Assembly (NCBI GenBank): GCA_016208745.1
Contig: JACQXN010000022.1
Coordinates: forward strand, 19,212-83,211
Source of the DNA: Candidatus Portnoybacteria bacterium
GTDB taxonomy: Bacteria > Patescibacteriota > Minisyncoccia > Portnoybacterales > GWB1-42-6
DNA: 64,000 bases
Reading direction: 5' to 3'
Below the pieces are notes generated by a model, which was not told the DNA's origin, ran no database searches, and saw only the letters and a list, made by a program, of their open reading frames with translations. Positions 47,774 through 55,796 of this stretch are shown here, piece after piece (the stretch's first letter is position 1; every line of letters starts with the position of its first letter). Both the position numbers and the translations under genes were made by a program.

Positions 47774-47776
47774 CCA

Positions 47777-48409
47777 TTATACATTAATAACCGGCCTTTC
47801 TCTGGCGCCGGGGTTATACATTTTATAAAGAAGCTCAACTAATTCATCGTCATTTAGGGCAACTGTTTTTAAACTGCAGGCAGAGAGTCCGGAAGATATG
47901 TATTCCATTCTTTGCCAAAGGCCGGCGCGCATCTGTTGGAAAGTTGGGAGCTTTGTTTCCCCGTTTTTTTTGCCAAACGATTTTTTCATCTTTTCAATAA
48001 GACCGGTGGCTTGTTTTTCAATGCTTTGGGTAAAGGGCACGATGACATAAAAATAAGTGCTCATAATATTAACCATTTGCGATAAATTTTTCACAAAATC
48101 AATATATTCGCTCGTTTGGATTTTTAAAAGCTCGTTTTCCTGTTCAACTCTTTTTTGTTCCAAGGTTTTTAAATAATCAGAAACATCAAATTTTCTGGTT
48201 GAGACCAGAATTTGGATTGGAAAATCAAGCGAGTTTAAAAATTCCTGATAACGATAAGTGATGGCTTCCTGCTCTTCGCTGGATTTTAAAGAGAAATTAA
48301 GAGAGCCGATCATCAAAACCCCCTTTAAAGAGCCGTCTTTCATTAAGATAGCGCCTTCTTTGATTTCAGTGACTGGGATTTTTTTTTTTTTTCTTGCGCC
48401 CTGATTCAT
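47777..48409 (-). CDS. VirB4-family ATPase N-terminal domain (separate ORF); contains A14 tract at codons 6-10
   Basis: GAILMKDGSLKGVLMIGSLNFSLKSSEEQEAI...PIQILVSTRKFDVSDYLK matches the N-domain of Gram-positive VirB4 (Tn916 Orf16/PrgJ-like). T14 on the plus strand at 48379-48392. Confidence 0.7.
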   Translation of the reverse strand: MNQGARKKKKIPVTEIKEGAILMKDGSLKGVLMIGSLNFSLKSSEEQEAITYRYQEFLNSLDFPIQILVSTRKFDVSDYLKTLEQKRVEQENELLKIQTSEYIDFVKNLSQMVNIMSTYFYVIVPFTQSIEKQATGLIEKMKKSFGKKNGETKLPTFQQMRAGLWQRMEYISSGLSACSLKTVALNDDELVELLYKMYNPGARERPVINV

Positions 48410-48432
48410 AAAGTTAATTTAAATATCAAATT

Positions 48433-48497
48433 GTCATTCCTGCGAAAGCAGGGATCCAGGTTTTATGAGTCTGGATTCCCGCTTTCGCGGGAATGAC
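48433..48497. repeat. Family C hairpin repeat (GTCATTCC-TGCGAAAGCA-GGGATCC / GGATTCCC-GCTTTCGC-GGGAATGAC)
   Basis: Internal hairpins CCTGCgaaaGCAGG and TCCCGCtttcGCGGGA with outer GTCATTCC/GGAATGAC inverted repeat. Relatives at 56371-56462 and 56878-56900. Confidence 0.65.
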
Positions 48498-48553
48498 ATA
48501 GAATGTTCTAGGGATTTTGTTGATGTCAGACGTCAGCAGATTAATTGCCTAAT

Positions 48554-48859
48554 TTAAATTCGATTTTTCTTCCAAATAAACATCCTTCCTTTAATTATAT
48601 AATTAATAGAAGCGCCAAGAATGGTAATAAACGGCCGGCCGTTGATTTTAAGAAATGCCAAAGCCAGCGCAAAAAGAGTCAAGGGAATAGAAGCTAGCAT
48701 AAAGAGCCAAAACTCGGCATATTGATACAAAAAGAAAAGGATTGCGCCGGTTCCGCCAAGATACCCAAACTGCTTTAAAGTCAGCGGCCCGACTATTTTG
48801 TCCTCTACTTCTAAAAATTGGGGGACATTGAATTGCATATAAAAAAGCTCAAAGCTCAA
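48554..48859 (-). CDS. Small two-TM protein (VirB3/PrgI-like candidate)
   Basis: 101 aa, two hydrophobic helices, positioned immediately upstream of VirB4 as is typical for VirB3. Confidence 0.4.
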   Translation of the reverse strand: MSFELFYMQFNVPQFLEVEDKIVGPLTLKQFGYLGGTGAILFFLYQYAEFWLFMLASIPLTLFALALAFLKINGRPFITILGASINYIIKGRMFIWKKNRI

Positions 48860-48911
48860 AACTCAAATATCAAAGCACGATTTCACGCTTGGTAATATTA
48901 TCGGTCTTCGG

Positions 48912-48982
48912 AAATCCTCCCCAACCATCCCTAAAGGGAGGGGGTTGTTCCCCTCCTTTAGGAGGGGTTAGGGGAGATTTTA
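48912..48982. repeat. GC-rich nested-hairpin element (family A copy), intergenic
   Basis: AAATCCTCCCCAACCATCCCTAAAGGGAGGG..CCCCTCCTTTAGGAGGGGTTAGGGGAGATTTT. Confidence 0.8.
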
Positions 48983-49041
48983 AAAGCAGCATTGTTTGGC
49001 TGACGGAAATGTTTTAAGCCTCGAGCTTTTAATTTCTAATT

Positions 49042-50055
49042 TTACTGCTGGTTAAAATCCTTTCTTAAATTAACAATATTTCCCTCCAGTTTTGGCGTTG
49101 GTTTGGGAGCTTGCAGAACCGGGCCAGATAAATCTTCGCTGGAAACAGGCTCTTTGTAAGCGTCTTTTGTTGGGATCGACGACGGGGGTGGTTGATAGGT
49201 AGGTTTTTGGGGGAGACCGCTGATTGGCACTCCTCGCGGGGGTTGGGGTTGAGGTATAGGCTGGGCAGGTGCGGACTTTGGCGCAGGAGCGCTCGGCATG
49301 GGTTTTTCTAAAATCAACAATCCGGTTTCTTTGGAAAAAGGCAATTCTATTTGCTCGTCAAAAGATTTTAAAACTTGATTTAAAGCCACTCTTTCTTGCT
49401 CTTTTAAGGCTCGGCCATTTTGGCTCTCATATATATAGCGCATTCTAACAAGCGCCAAATCCTGTTCTGGAAAACCGGTTCTGAATTTAGCGTAATCAGT
49501 CAGCCAATTCCCTATTGAAGGAAGCCTCGGGCTTTCTGAATCAGGCAGCCTAATCGGACTTTCGGTTATTTTCTGATTGGCAATTTCTGGTTTTTGATTG
49601 ATAGCAGAGGCGATTGTTTGGTTTGCGATTTCCTGCGGAGCTGGTTTGGGAGTCTCGTTTTGAATCGGAGCGGAATTATTTTCTTCTAGTTCCAATAACT
49701 CTGCTTTATGGGTTGGCGGAGTTGCCGTGCGCGACCAATTCTGTATTAGCGATTCAATGTTTGGGAAATATTGTTTAAGCGGCAGAAATATCGTTTTTGC
49801 TAAAGCGCAAGATAGGCCATTCGCAATTTCCATCGGAGCGGGCAATTCTCTTTGAAAGATTTCTGGCATTTTTTCCAAAGGCGCGTCATTAACAAAAACA
49901 AGGCCGATTAACTTCGCTATTTTACCCCGGCCATCAAGCGCGATGCCGTAACTTGTGCCGACGCCGTGAACTGTCTGGGTTGGCAGGTCAGAAAGTAAAA
50001 CATTTTTTACCGGCTCCGGAAGATTATTCACTTTTTCTCTAAAAGCCAGATCCAT
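49042..50055 (-). CDS. Hypothetical protein with Pro-rich C-terminus (T4SS-like cluster)
   Basis: 337 aa; PxP-rich tail (PSAPAPKSAPAQPIPQPQPP). Confidence 0.45.
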   Translation of the reverse strand: MDLAFREKVNNLPEPVKNVLLSDLPTQTVHGVGTSYGIALDGRGKIAKLIGLVFVNDAPLEKMPEIFQRELPAPMEIANGLSCALAKTIFLPLKQYFPNIESLIQNWSRTATPPTHKAELLELEENNSAPIQNETPKPAPQEIANQTIASAINQKPEIANQKITESPIRLPDSESPRLPSIGNWLTDYAKFRTGFPEQDLALVRMRYIYESQNGRALKEQERVALNQVLKSFDEQIELPFSKETGLLILEKPMPSAPAPKSAPAQPIPQPQPPRGVPISGLPQKPTYQPPPSSIPTKDAYKEPVSSEDLSGPVLQAPKPTPKLEGNIVNLRKDFNQQ

Positions 50056-50058
50056 AAA

Positions 50059-52413
50059 TTATACATTTCTTAAATAAGCATCTTGAGTTGCCATAGTGTG
50101 CCCTTGAGCCGCGGGGTGTTGTCTTATATATTCAACAATATCGTGAGCTAGCTGGCCATTTTCATTTCCAAGTTTTTCAACAACACCACGTAAAAGATTG
50201 GGCGGGATATTCATAGCCACAGTCGGTGAGAAGTTTTGCAGGCGTTTCAGGCCTTCTGCGCCAGCCCTCCGGGCCCAGTCTCTTTGTTGGGTAGGGGACA
50301 TTCTTTGTACATCGCCAGTTTGGGACGCATAAGCAAAGTTGACCTCATTTCCCACAGGGTTGATACCTCGGGCATTCATCGCCGCTTGATTCGTTGGGTT
50401 TGTTATTCTCGTTAGCGTAGCAATGAGTTCTCTTTGGTGTTGGGTTGATTTATTCCTTAAGTCTTCAACTTGTTTGGCGCTTCCGTTTCTAACTATAGCA
50501 TCTACAACATGATCATCCAAAAGGGAAAGATGCGAAATACTATTAAGATTACCTTCACGGATCGTGGTCTGGACAGCTTGTTCGCGCTGGGCAAGATTTG
50601 CGATGGTCTCTGGTCTTGCCTGCTCTAGCTGGGTAGCTTCTTGCCCGTAGCCAAATCGCCTGAGGTTTTCAATGGCTGTCGTGGCTGTCGCATTGTCATA
50701 TTGATTTTTGGCTACGCCTCTCCTTGTATTTTCCAAATCAACGGCAACCGCTCTAGCCCCTCCTGTTCTTCTATCTAGTTTTTCTCTGTCTAAGTCGGCT
50801 TGGCTATATGAGGCAATCCGTCTTGCGTAAGCCTGCATCTCTGGAGTTTCCATTGCCCTTCGTCGTACGTCTTTGGCTGCAGCCTCAACTCTTGCTCCAG
50901 TTTTTGCGAATGGCGTTCTTTCTTTTAAGGTTGTTCCTACTCTTTCTGTGACTGCGGCTCCGGCTCTCCTTGCCTGTGTTTGCGCTTGCCTACCAGTCCA
51001 CGCCACCGGTCTCATTGCTTGTCCTTGCGCCCAGCGTCTGCCTCTCTGACCCATACTGACAACCGCGCTGGCGCCAGTGATGCTCATTTTCTGGGCGACA
51101 ATTAAAGAGCCTAAAAGAAAACCGATTATTATGACAAAGCTAATTGTTGTACCAATGCTAAAACTTCCAATTCCGGGCATTTGTTGTAATTCTGTAAGCC
51201 CTTCCCCTGTATTGCGCATTTGCTTCAAAACAACGCCCTTGGTAATCATAAGAAGCGAGATATAAAGAAAAAAGGTGAAGGCCGGAGCAAATAGAATCCA
51301 TTTCATAAAACTCTCCCACCATTGATTCCAATATTTTTGGGTTACTGGCAGAATAGAAAAAAGCCAAGCTAGTGGAGCTAAAATAAGTAAGAATAATAAG
51401 GATATATAACGGATTATAAAAAGAATAGCCGCGGCAAAAAATACAAAAGCGGCGATTAAAATAAAAATAGAGCCTGCAAAAATTCCGATTAGAATTGTTA
51501 AAAGAGCGTCTACTTCGCCGTCAAGGTTAGGCATATTCACTTCGTCTTTAAATACGCTTGCCATATCTAGGCCATTCATAATATTGTCGGTTATGCTAAC
51601 CGCTCCATTCGATGTCGCCGCGTTAACAAAATATTTGGTTAAAACTTGAGAAAAATCAATTATGACTCCAGCAATTACTAAACTAAAATTAATTAAAAGA
51701 GCGGCGATGATTAATTTTGGCAAGGTGCGTTTTAAGCCGTATGAATCAAGTTTTAAAATCGTGGCAAAAGCAATAATGATTAAAATCAAAGAGAAGAACA
51801 TATTGGCCAAATCTCTAGTGTATCTCCAGCCTTCTTGGACAATGACTGACTTGGTGAAATCCTGCAGTTCCGGTTTCTCGAGCACAAAATTAAATATATA
51901 AGCTGCTAACCGAAGAAGTAGGCCTAAAACCGAGAAAATAAACCACATAACACCGCCTAAAAGTTTAAGGGCCTGTTCATATAACCATCCTCCGCCTCCA
52001 GCATTACCAGCGCTGCTATTTGATACGGATGCTACATTATTTTGGTTGCTGGGCGTATCACAAAAATATCTTTGTTCCGCTACTCCGTGCGCTATTAACA
52101 TTGATTTATAAACGCAGAACCCTTTTTCGCCACTTTCCATACAAGGCGCGCCCACGGTTTTTGCTGTGCAGTTAGTGATATATGCTGAATCCGGCACGTC
52201 GCATTCCAAAACTGGCTCGCCTTCGTCGTCTAAATCACCCGTCATCACGCAGGTTCCGTTCACGCCTCCTAAGGCACATGTATCTCCTGCTTCCAGGCCG
52301 TCACATTCTTGCGCAGACGCATAATTAGCAGTTGAGAAAAAAATAAAACCAGCAACTGCCAAAACAGCAATAATTAAAACAATATTTATTTTTCTGGATT
52401 TATTTTGAGCCAT
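50059..52413 (-). CDS. VirB6/TrbL-like polytopic membrane protein with Cys-rich N-terminal ectodomain and Arg/Ala/Gln-rich C-terminal extension
   Basis: Signal/TM, 10 Cys in the first 120 aa, ~8 TM helices. The C-terminal ~330 aa is hydrophilic and encoded by markedly GC-richer DNA (50059-51060). Confidence 0.55.
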   Translation of the reverse strand: MAQNKSRKINIVLIIAVLAVAGFIFFSTANYASAQECDGLEAGDTCALGGVNGTCVMTGDLDDEGEPVLECDVPDSAYITNCTAKTVGAPCMESGEKGFCVYKSMLIAHGVAEQRYFCDTPSNQNNVASVSNSSAGNAGGGGWLYEQALKLLGGVMWFIFSVLGLLLRLAAYIFNFVLEKPELQDFTKSVIVQEGWRYTRDLANMFFSLILIIIAFATILKLDSYGLKRTLPKLIIAALLINFSLVIAGVIIDFSQVLTKYFVNAATSNGAVSITDNIMNGLDMASVFKDEVNMPNLDGEVDALLTILIGIFAGSIFILIAAFVFFAAAILFIIRYISLLFLLILAPLAWLFSILPVTQKYWNQWWESFMKWILFAPAFTFFLYISLLMITKGVVLKQMRNTGEGLTELQQMPGIGSFSIGTTISFVIIIGFLLGSLIVAQKMSITGASAVVSMGQRGRRWAQGQAMRPVAWTGRQAQTQARRAGAAVTERVGTTLKERTPFAKTGARVEAAAKDVRRRAMETPEMQAYARRIASYSQADLDREKLDRRTGGARAVAVDLENTRRGVAKNQYDNATATTAIENLRRFGYGQEATQLEQARPETIANLAQREQAVQTTIREGNLNSISHLSLLDDHVVDAIVRNGSAKQVEDLRNKSTQHQRELIATLTRITNPTNQAAMNARGINPVGNEVNFAYASQTGDVQRMSPTQQRDWARRAGAEGLKRLQNFSPTVAMNIPPNLLRGVVEKLGNENGQLAHDIVEYIRQHPAAQGHTMATQDAYLRNV

Positions 52414-52429
52414 TAAAGCCTTTTAATTT

Positions 52430-53959
52430 TTATTGGCATGACGCCAGTCGTGCCTGCTCCGCAAGTATCTGCTGGGCTACTCCAGCGGCCTGCTGGTTGT
52501 AGTAGCCAGTAAAAGCAGCTATCTGATTATTAAGAAGAGAGGCAGCTTCTAAAAGCCCTCGGAATGTGGTTTGGTTGGTGTCTAAAAGATTTTGTAATGA
52601 GTTTAGCGTTTCCCTGTAAAGGGTATCAAACTGCGCCAAGGCAGCGTCTAGTTCGCCAGGGTCAGTCTGGGAATCTATAACTTCCTCCATGGCCGCGATT
52701 AGATTTTTCAGATTGCTTTCGGCTTCTGGAATTAAGGCGCTTTTTCGTGATACCAGAGACATAAAACCGGTAACAACAGCCAGAGGCGTGCCTCTATTGT
52801 CACCCCAATTCCAGTCGCCAGCTGATATGGGGGGTGTGGCTAGAGTGCAGCCATCAGTATGACTAATTTGAAATTGAAGCGAGGTTAATTGTTGAATGGC
52901 ATTTAATATGCCGCCTGCATCATAGCTGGCATTTATTAAATTCATTCTCATCGTTTGGATTGCAGAAAGCAGGTCTTCGGCTGTTTGAAGATTATCCTCT
53001 ACGTAACCCAGATCAAGATCAGGCACTGGCGGATTGCCTCCGCCTCCGCCACCACCGCCTCCACCGCCACCGCCACCGCCACCATCATCGCCGCCGCTCT
53101 CACCCCAGACATCAAGGGCTGCGTCAGCCCCTTCTTCTACAATATAATTAATCGCTCCTAATCCCATGTCTATAATGCCGTTTATAAAAAATTCAGCTAC
53201 AGCAGCGGCAAATTCAGACCACTCATCAATAGTCAGCATATAGTCCAGGTCCATCATTGTGCTTCTTCCGGTCGCGAGAGTTTGAAGAATACCCGGGGTT
53301 GTCCTGTCACCCAAAGAGCTTTGGTTGCCAACTAATTTGCTTGATTCGGTTGAAAAAGCTAAATTTTCTCTGGCCGTTTTTTCGTCAGAAGCAAGAAAAT
53401 ACGCGCCATACATATTGCCTGAGGGTTTTAGCATTTTTGCCCACATATCCCAGCCGCCGCTACCAAAGTCACCTAAAAAGGCATCTGCTTCATCATCTGA
53501 AAACGGAGGCTCTGCTTGATCTCTGAAGCTGGCGCTTTGAGACAGGTAATATCTTGTTTGTTCGTCAAACACTCCAGATAAATATCCTGTGCCAAGGTTG
53601 CTTTCAATAAAATTAAGACCGGCTATTTGAGCAGTTCCTGATAGATAATTCATCCAATCTATGACAAAATTTCCCTGTGTCCAGCCAAGCACTTCCTTAA
53701 CTATAAATTCCAAAACAGCTCTTTTGAACACGGCAAAAGTTATTCTTCTGGCCAGATCAATAAGTTGTTCAAACGCAAAAAATCCCGCTAAAGTCCCTTC
53801 GATAGTGGTGAGCAATGCTATTTCCGCTCCGCAGCATTGAGCTTTTGCTTCTTTGGGTGGAGTAAGAATATTGAACGCAATAATATTGAAAAGAAGCACA
53901 AAAACTAAAACCGCGGCAAATAATTTACGGGACCAAATTGTTTTGTTGAAGAAAGACAT
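52430..53959 (-). CDS. Secreted/anchored hypothetical protein with 17-residue poly-Gly linker
   Basis: N-terminal TM; GGDDG(G)17NPP encoded by imperfect (GGY/GGC) repeats at 53040-53100. Confidence 0.5.
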   Translation of the reverse strand: MSFFNKTIWSRKLFAAVLVFVLLFNIIAFNILTPPKEAKAQCCGAEIALLTTIEGTLAGFFAFEQLIDLARRITFAVFKRAVLEFIVKEVLGWTQGNFVIDWMNYLSGTAQIAGLNFIESNLGTGYLSGVFDEQTRYYLSQSASFRDQAEPPFSDDEADAFLGDFGSGGWDMWAKMLKPSGNMYGAYFLASDEKTARENLAFSTESSKLVGNQSSLGDRTTPGILQTLATGRSTMMDLDYMLTIDEWSEFAAAVAEFFINGIIDMGLGAINYIVEEGADAALDVWGESGGDDGGGGGGGGGGGGGGGGNPPVPDLDLGYVEDNLQTAEDLLSAIQTMRMNLINASYDAGGILNAIQQLTSLQFQISHTDGCTLATPPISAGDWNWGDNRGTPLAVVTGFMSLVSRKSALIPEAESNLKNLIAAMEEVIDSQTDPGELDAALAQFDTLYRETLNSLQNLLDTNQTTFRGLLEAASLLNNQIAAFTGYYNQQAAGVAQQILAEQARLASCQ

Positions 53960-54942
53960 TATTTAAGATTTTTTTTAAGGTTGTTTATTTCCATTGTTAT
54001 TTTTTCAGACGCCGAACCGCTTTTCTGGTATTCTTCTATGGCGATTAAGGCTTTCAGCGGATCTTCCTGAGCATTGCTTATAACCAAGAAAACATTACTG
54101 CTATGAAGCATTGTTGATAAAAGAGTCTTTTGGAATTCAGCATAAAATTTGGGCGTTGAAATGTTTTTTAATTTTTCATAGGATTCATGGAAAGTTTTTT
54201 GCGCTATTTTAACTTTTGAAAAATCACTATTTGTCATAGCCCATTCGATATCCTGGTCTGAGACCTGAATATTTTTTGAGTTTTCTTTGATAATATTTAA
54301 AACAGCAGTTAAATAGGCAATTCTGTCTTCGTTCCTATCGCTTTGGGAAATTTTTATGTCGTTATCGGTTATGCTGGGCGGCAAAACTTTTTTTAATTCC
54401 TCATTGCTTATATTTTGGAGCATTTTTTGAAATTCCGGCATATTCTCAAGCTCTTCTGCGCTATACATTTCGCCTGTGTCTGGATTTATAAGTACGCTTT
54501 TGCCTTGTTTTATGCCTCCGCCTATTCCTTTTGCAAAAATTTCGGTCCAGTTATTTGTGCTAGCTAATATTTTTTCTTTTTCGCTAAAACCAGTTTGAGC
54601 ATTACTGCCTTTTTGCATTGGGTTGTAGCCAGACGCCACTTCTTCGCCGTCCAAATATCCATCGCCATCAGAATCTTGATTATTGATATCTGTTCCGTAT
54701 TTTGCTTCTTCCCAATCTCTTAAGCCATCGTTATCAGAATCTTTAAATTTGTCTTTTATAGCCGAAGTTACAGAAGCAGTTCCTTTGCCGATTTTTTTAA
54801 AAAGATTTATAGGATTAAATTTTCCTTCGGCGTAAAAAAAACTGCCAAAAACCAATAGTAAAATTAGCAGTATCACGCCCGCTGCAAAAATACTTTTTTT
54901 TCTGTTCTCAAGCATACCCAGTATATCAACTTCCAGAGCCAA
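53959..54942 (-). CDS. Membrane-anchored protein with thrombospondin type-3-like Ca-binding repeats
   Basis: DSDNDGLRDWEE and DSDGDGYLDGEE motifs after an N-terminal TM; 327 aa. Confidence 0.5.
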   Translation of the reverse strand: MALEVDILGMLENRKKSIFAAGVILLILLLVFGSFFYAEGKFNPINLFKKIGKGTASVTSAIKDKFKDSDNDGLRDWEEAKYGTDINNQDSDGDGYLDGEEVASGYNPMQKGSNAQTGFSEKEKILASTNNWTEIFAKGIGGGIKQGKSVLINPDTGEMYSAEELENMPEFQKMLQNISNEELKKVLPPSITDNDIKISQSDRNEDRIAYLTAVLNIIKENSKNIQVSDQDIEWAMTNSDFSKVKIAQKTFHESYEKLKNISTPKFYAEFQKTLLSTMLHSSNVFLVISNAQEDPLKALIAIEEYQKSGSASEKITMEINNLKKNLK

Positions 54943-55234
54943 GCGCCGCTTTCTTGTGGCGCCTGTATTCTAAAAGTCTTAAACCTAAAAATCTACGACC
55001 CTGAGTGGTTTTCAAATAATGCTCTCGGCGCTTGGCATCTTCTTGATTAAGACAGCCTTCAAAATATATTAACTTGAACGGTAATCGGAATTTTGTAGAG
55101 AAAGATAATCCCTTATTATGTTCTTCTATTCTTTTTTTAAGATTAGCGGTATAGCCAACATAGCAATCTTTATCTTTTAGGCTCTCTAAAACATAAACCC
55201 AGAAGAACATACTGGAAGTTGTATTACTGGGCAT
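54926..55234 (-). CDS. GIY-YIG nuclease family protein
   Basis: FFWVYVLESLKDKDCYVGYTANLKKRIEEHN (GIY...YIG motif); 102 aa. Confidence 0.75.
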   Translation of the reverse strand: MPSNTTSSMFFWVYVLESLKDKDCYVGYTANLKKRIEEHNKGLSFSTKFRLPFKLIYFEGCLNQEDAKRREHYLKTTQGRRFLGLRLLEYRRHKKAALGSGS

Positions 55235-55264
55235 AGAATTTATTAACTTAATTTTAACACAGAT

Positions 55265-55306
55265 TTATCCACAAAAAAATAACCGATTTTCAGTCAGTTA
55301 TCCACA
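55265..55306. promoter_or_regulatory. Two perfect consensus DnaA boxes (TTATCCACA) in direct orientation
   Basis: 55265-55273 and 55298-55306. Followed by three CAATAACCA-like direct repeats (55279-55350) in an AT-rich spacer. Confidence 0.45.
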
Positions 55307-55412
55307 ATTAGGGAAATGCAATAACCAATAATCAAAAAACAATAACCAGGCAAATTTTAATAATCAATTTTTCAATATTCAGATTATTTTAGTCCGATGC
55401 CGGATTTCTCTA

Positions 55413-55739
55413 TTATTGAAGAAGAATTCTTTTTAGCTCGTCGGCCTCCTTTATTAGGGGCTGGATTTCTTTAGATAAGCCTTCGTTTGTTTCTGATATC
55501 AATATCAACCAATAGATTGTTTCTTTCGCCTCTTTTCTTGCTATTCTTAGTCGATGGACAAAGTCCTTTTTACTCAACGCGTCATTAGCTTCTATATAAT
55601 TTGCTCCGATTGAAGTTCCCGCTCGAAAGCCCTGCCGGATTAATTCTATATTGATTATGTTTTTTTGCAGAATCTTACATGCTCTAGCCATCTTTTTGCT
55701 AAAATCAAGCGTTCTTTCTTCTAAATCAAAATTATGCAT
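55413..55739 (-). CDS. Four-helix-bundle protein (TIGR02436; 23S rRNA intervening-sequence protein family)
   Basis: GTSIGANYIEAN and AKETIYWL motifs; 108 aa. Confidence 0.75.
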   Translation of the reverse strand: MHNFDLEERTLDFSKKMARACKILQKNIINIELIRQGFRAGTSIGANYIEANDALSKKDFVHRLRIARKEAKETIYWLILISETNEGLSKEIQPLIKEADELKRILLQ

Positions 55740-55796
55740 ATTGTTTCGGTTATTGTTTATTTGTCTATTGATTATTATTTGGAGCTTGTTTTTTGG

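Noticed and set aside
52955-53161. Plus-strand ORFs encoding HRHRHRH / ATATATII repeats
   Set aside because: Antisense reading of the poly-Gly codon repeats in the minus-strand gene; an artefact of simple sequence.
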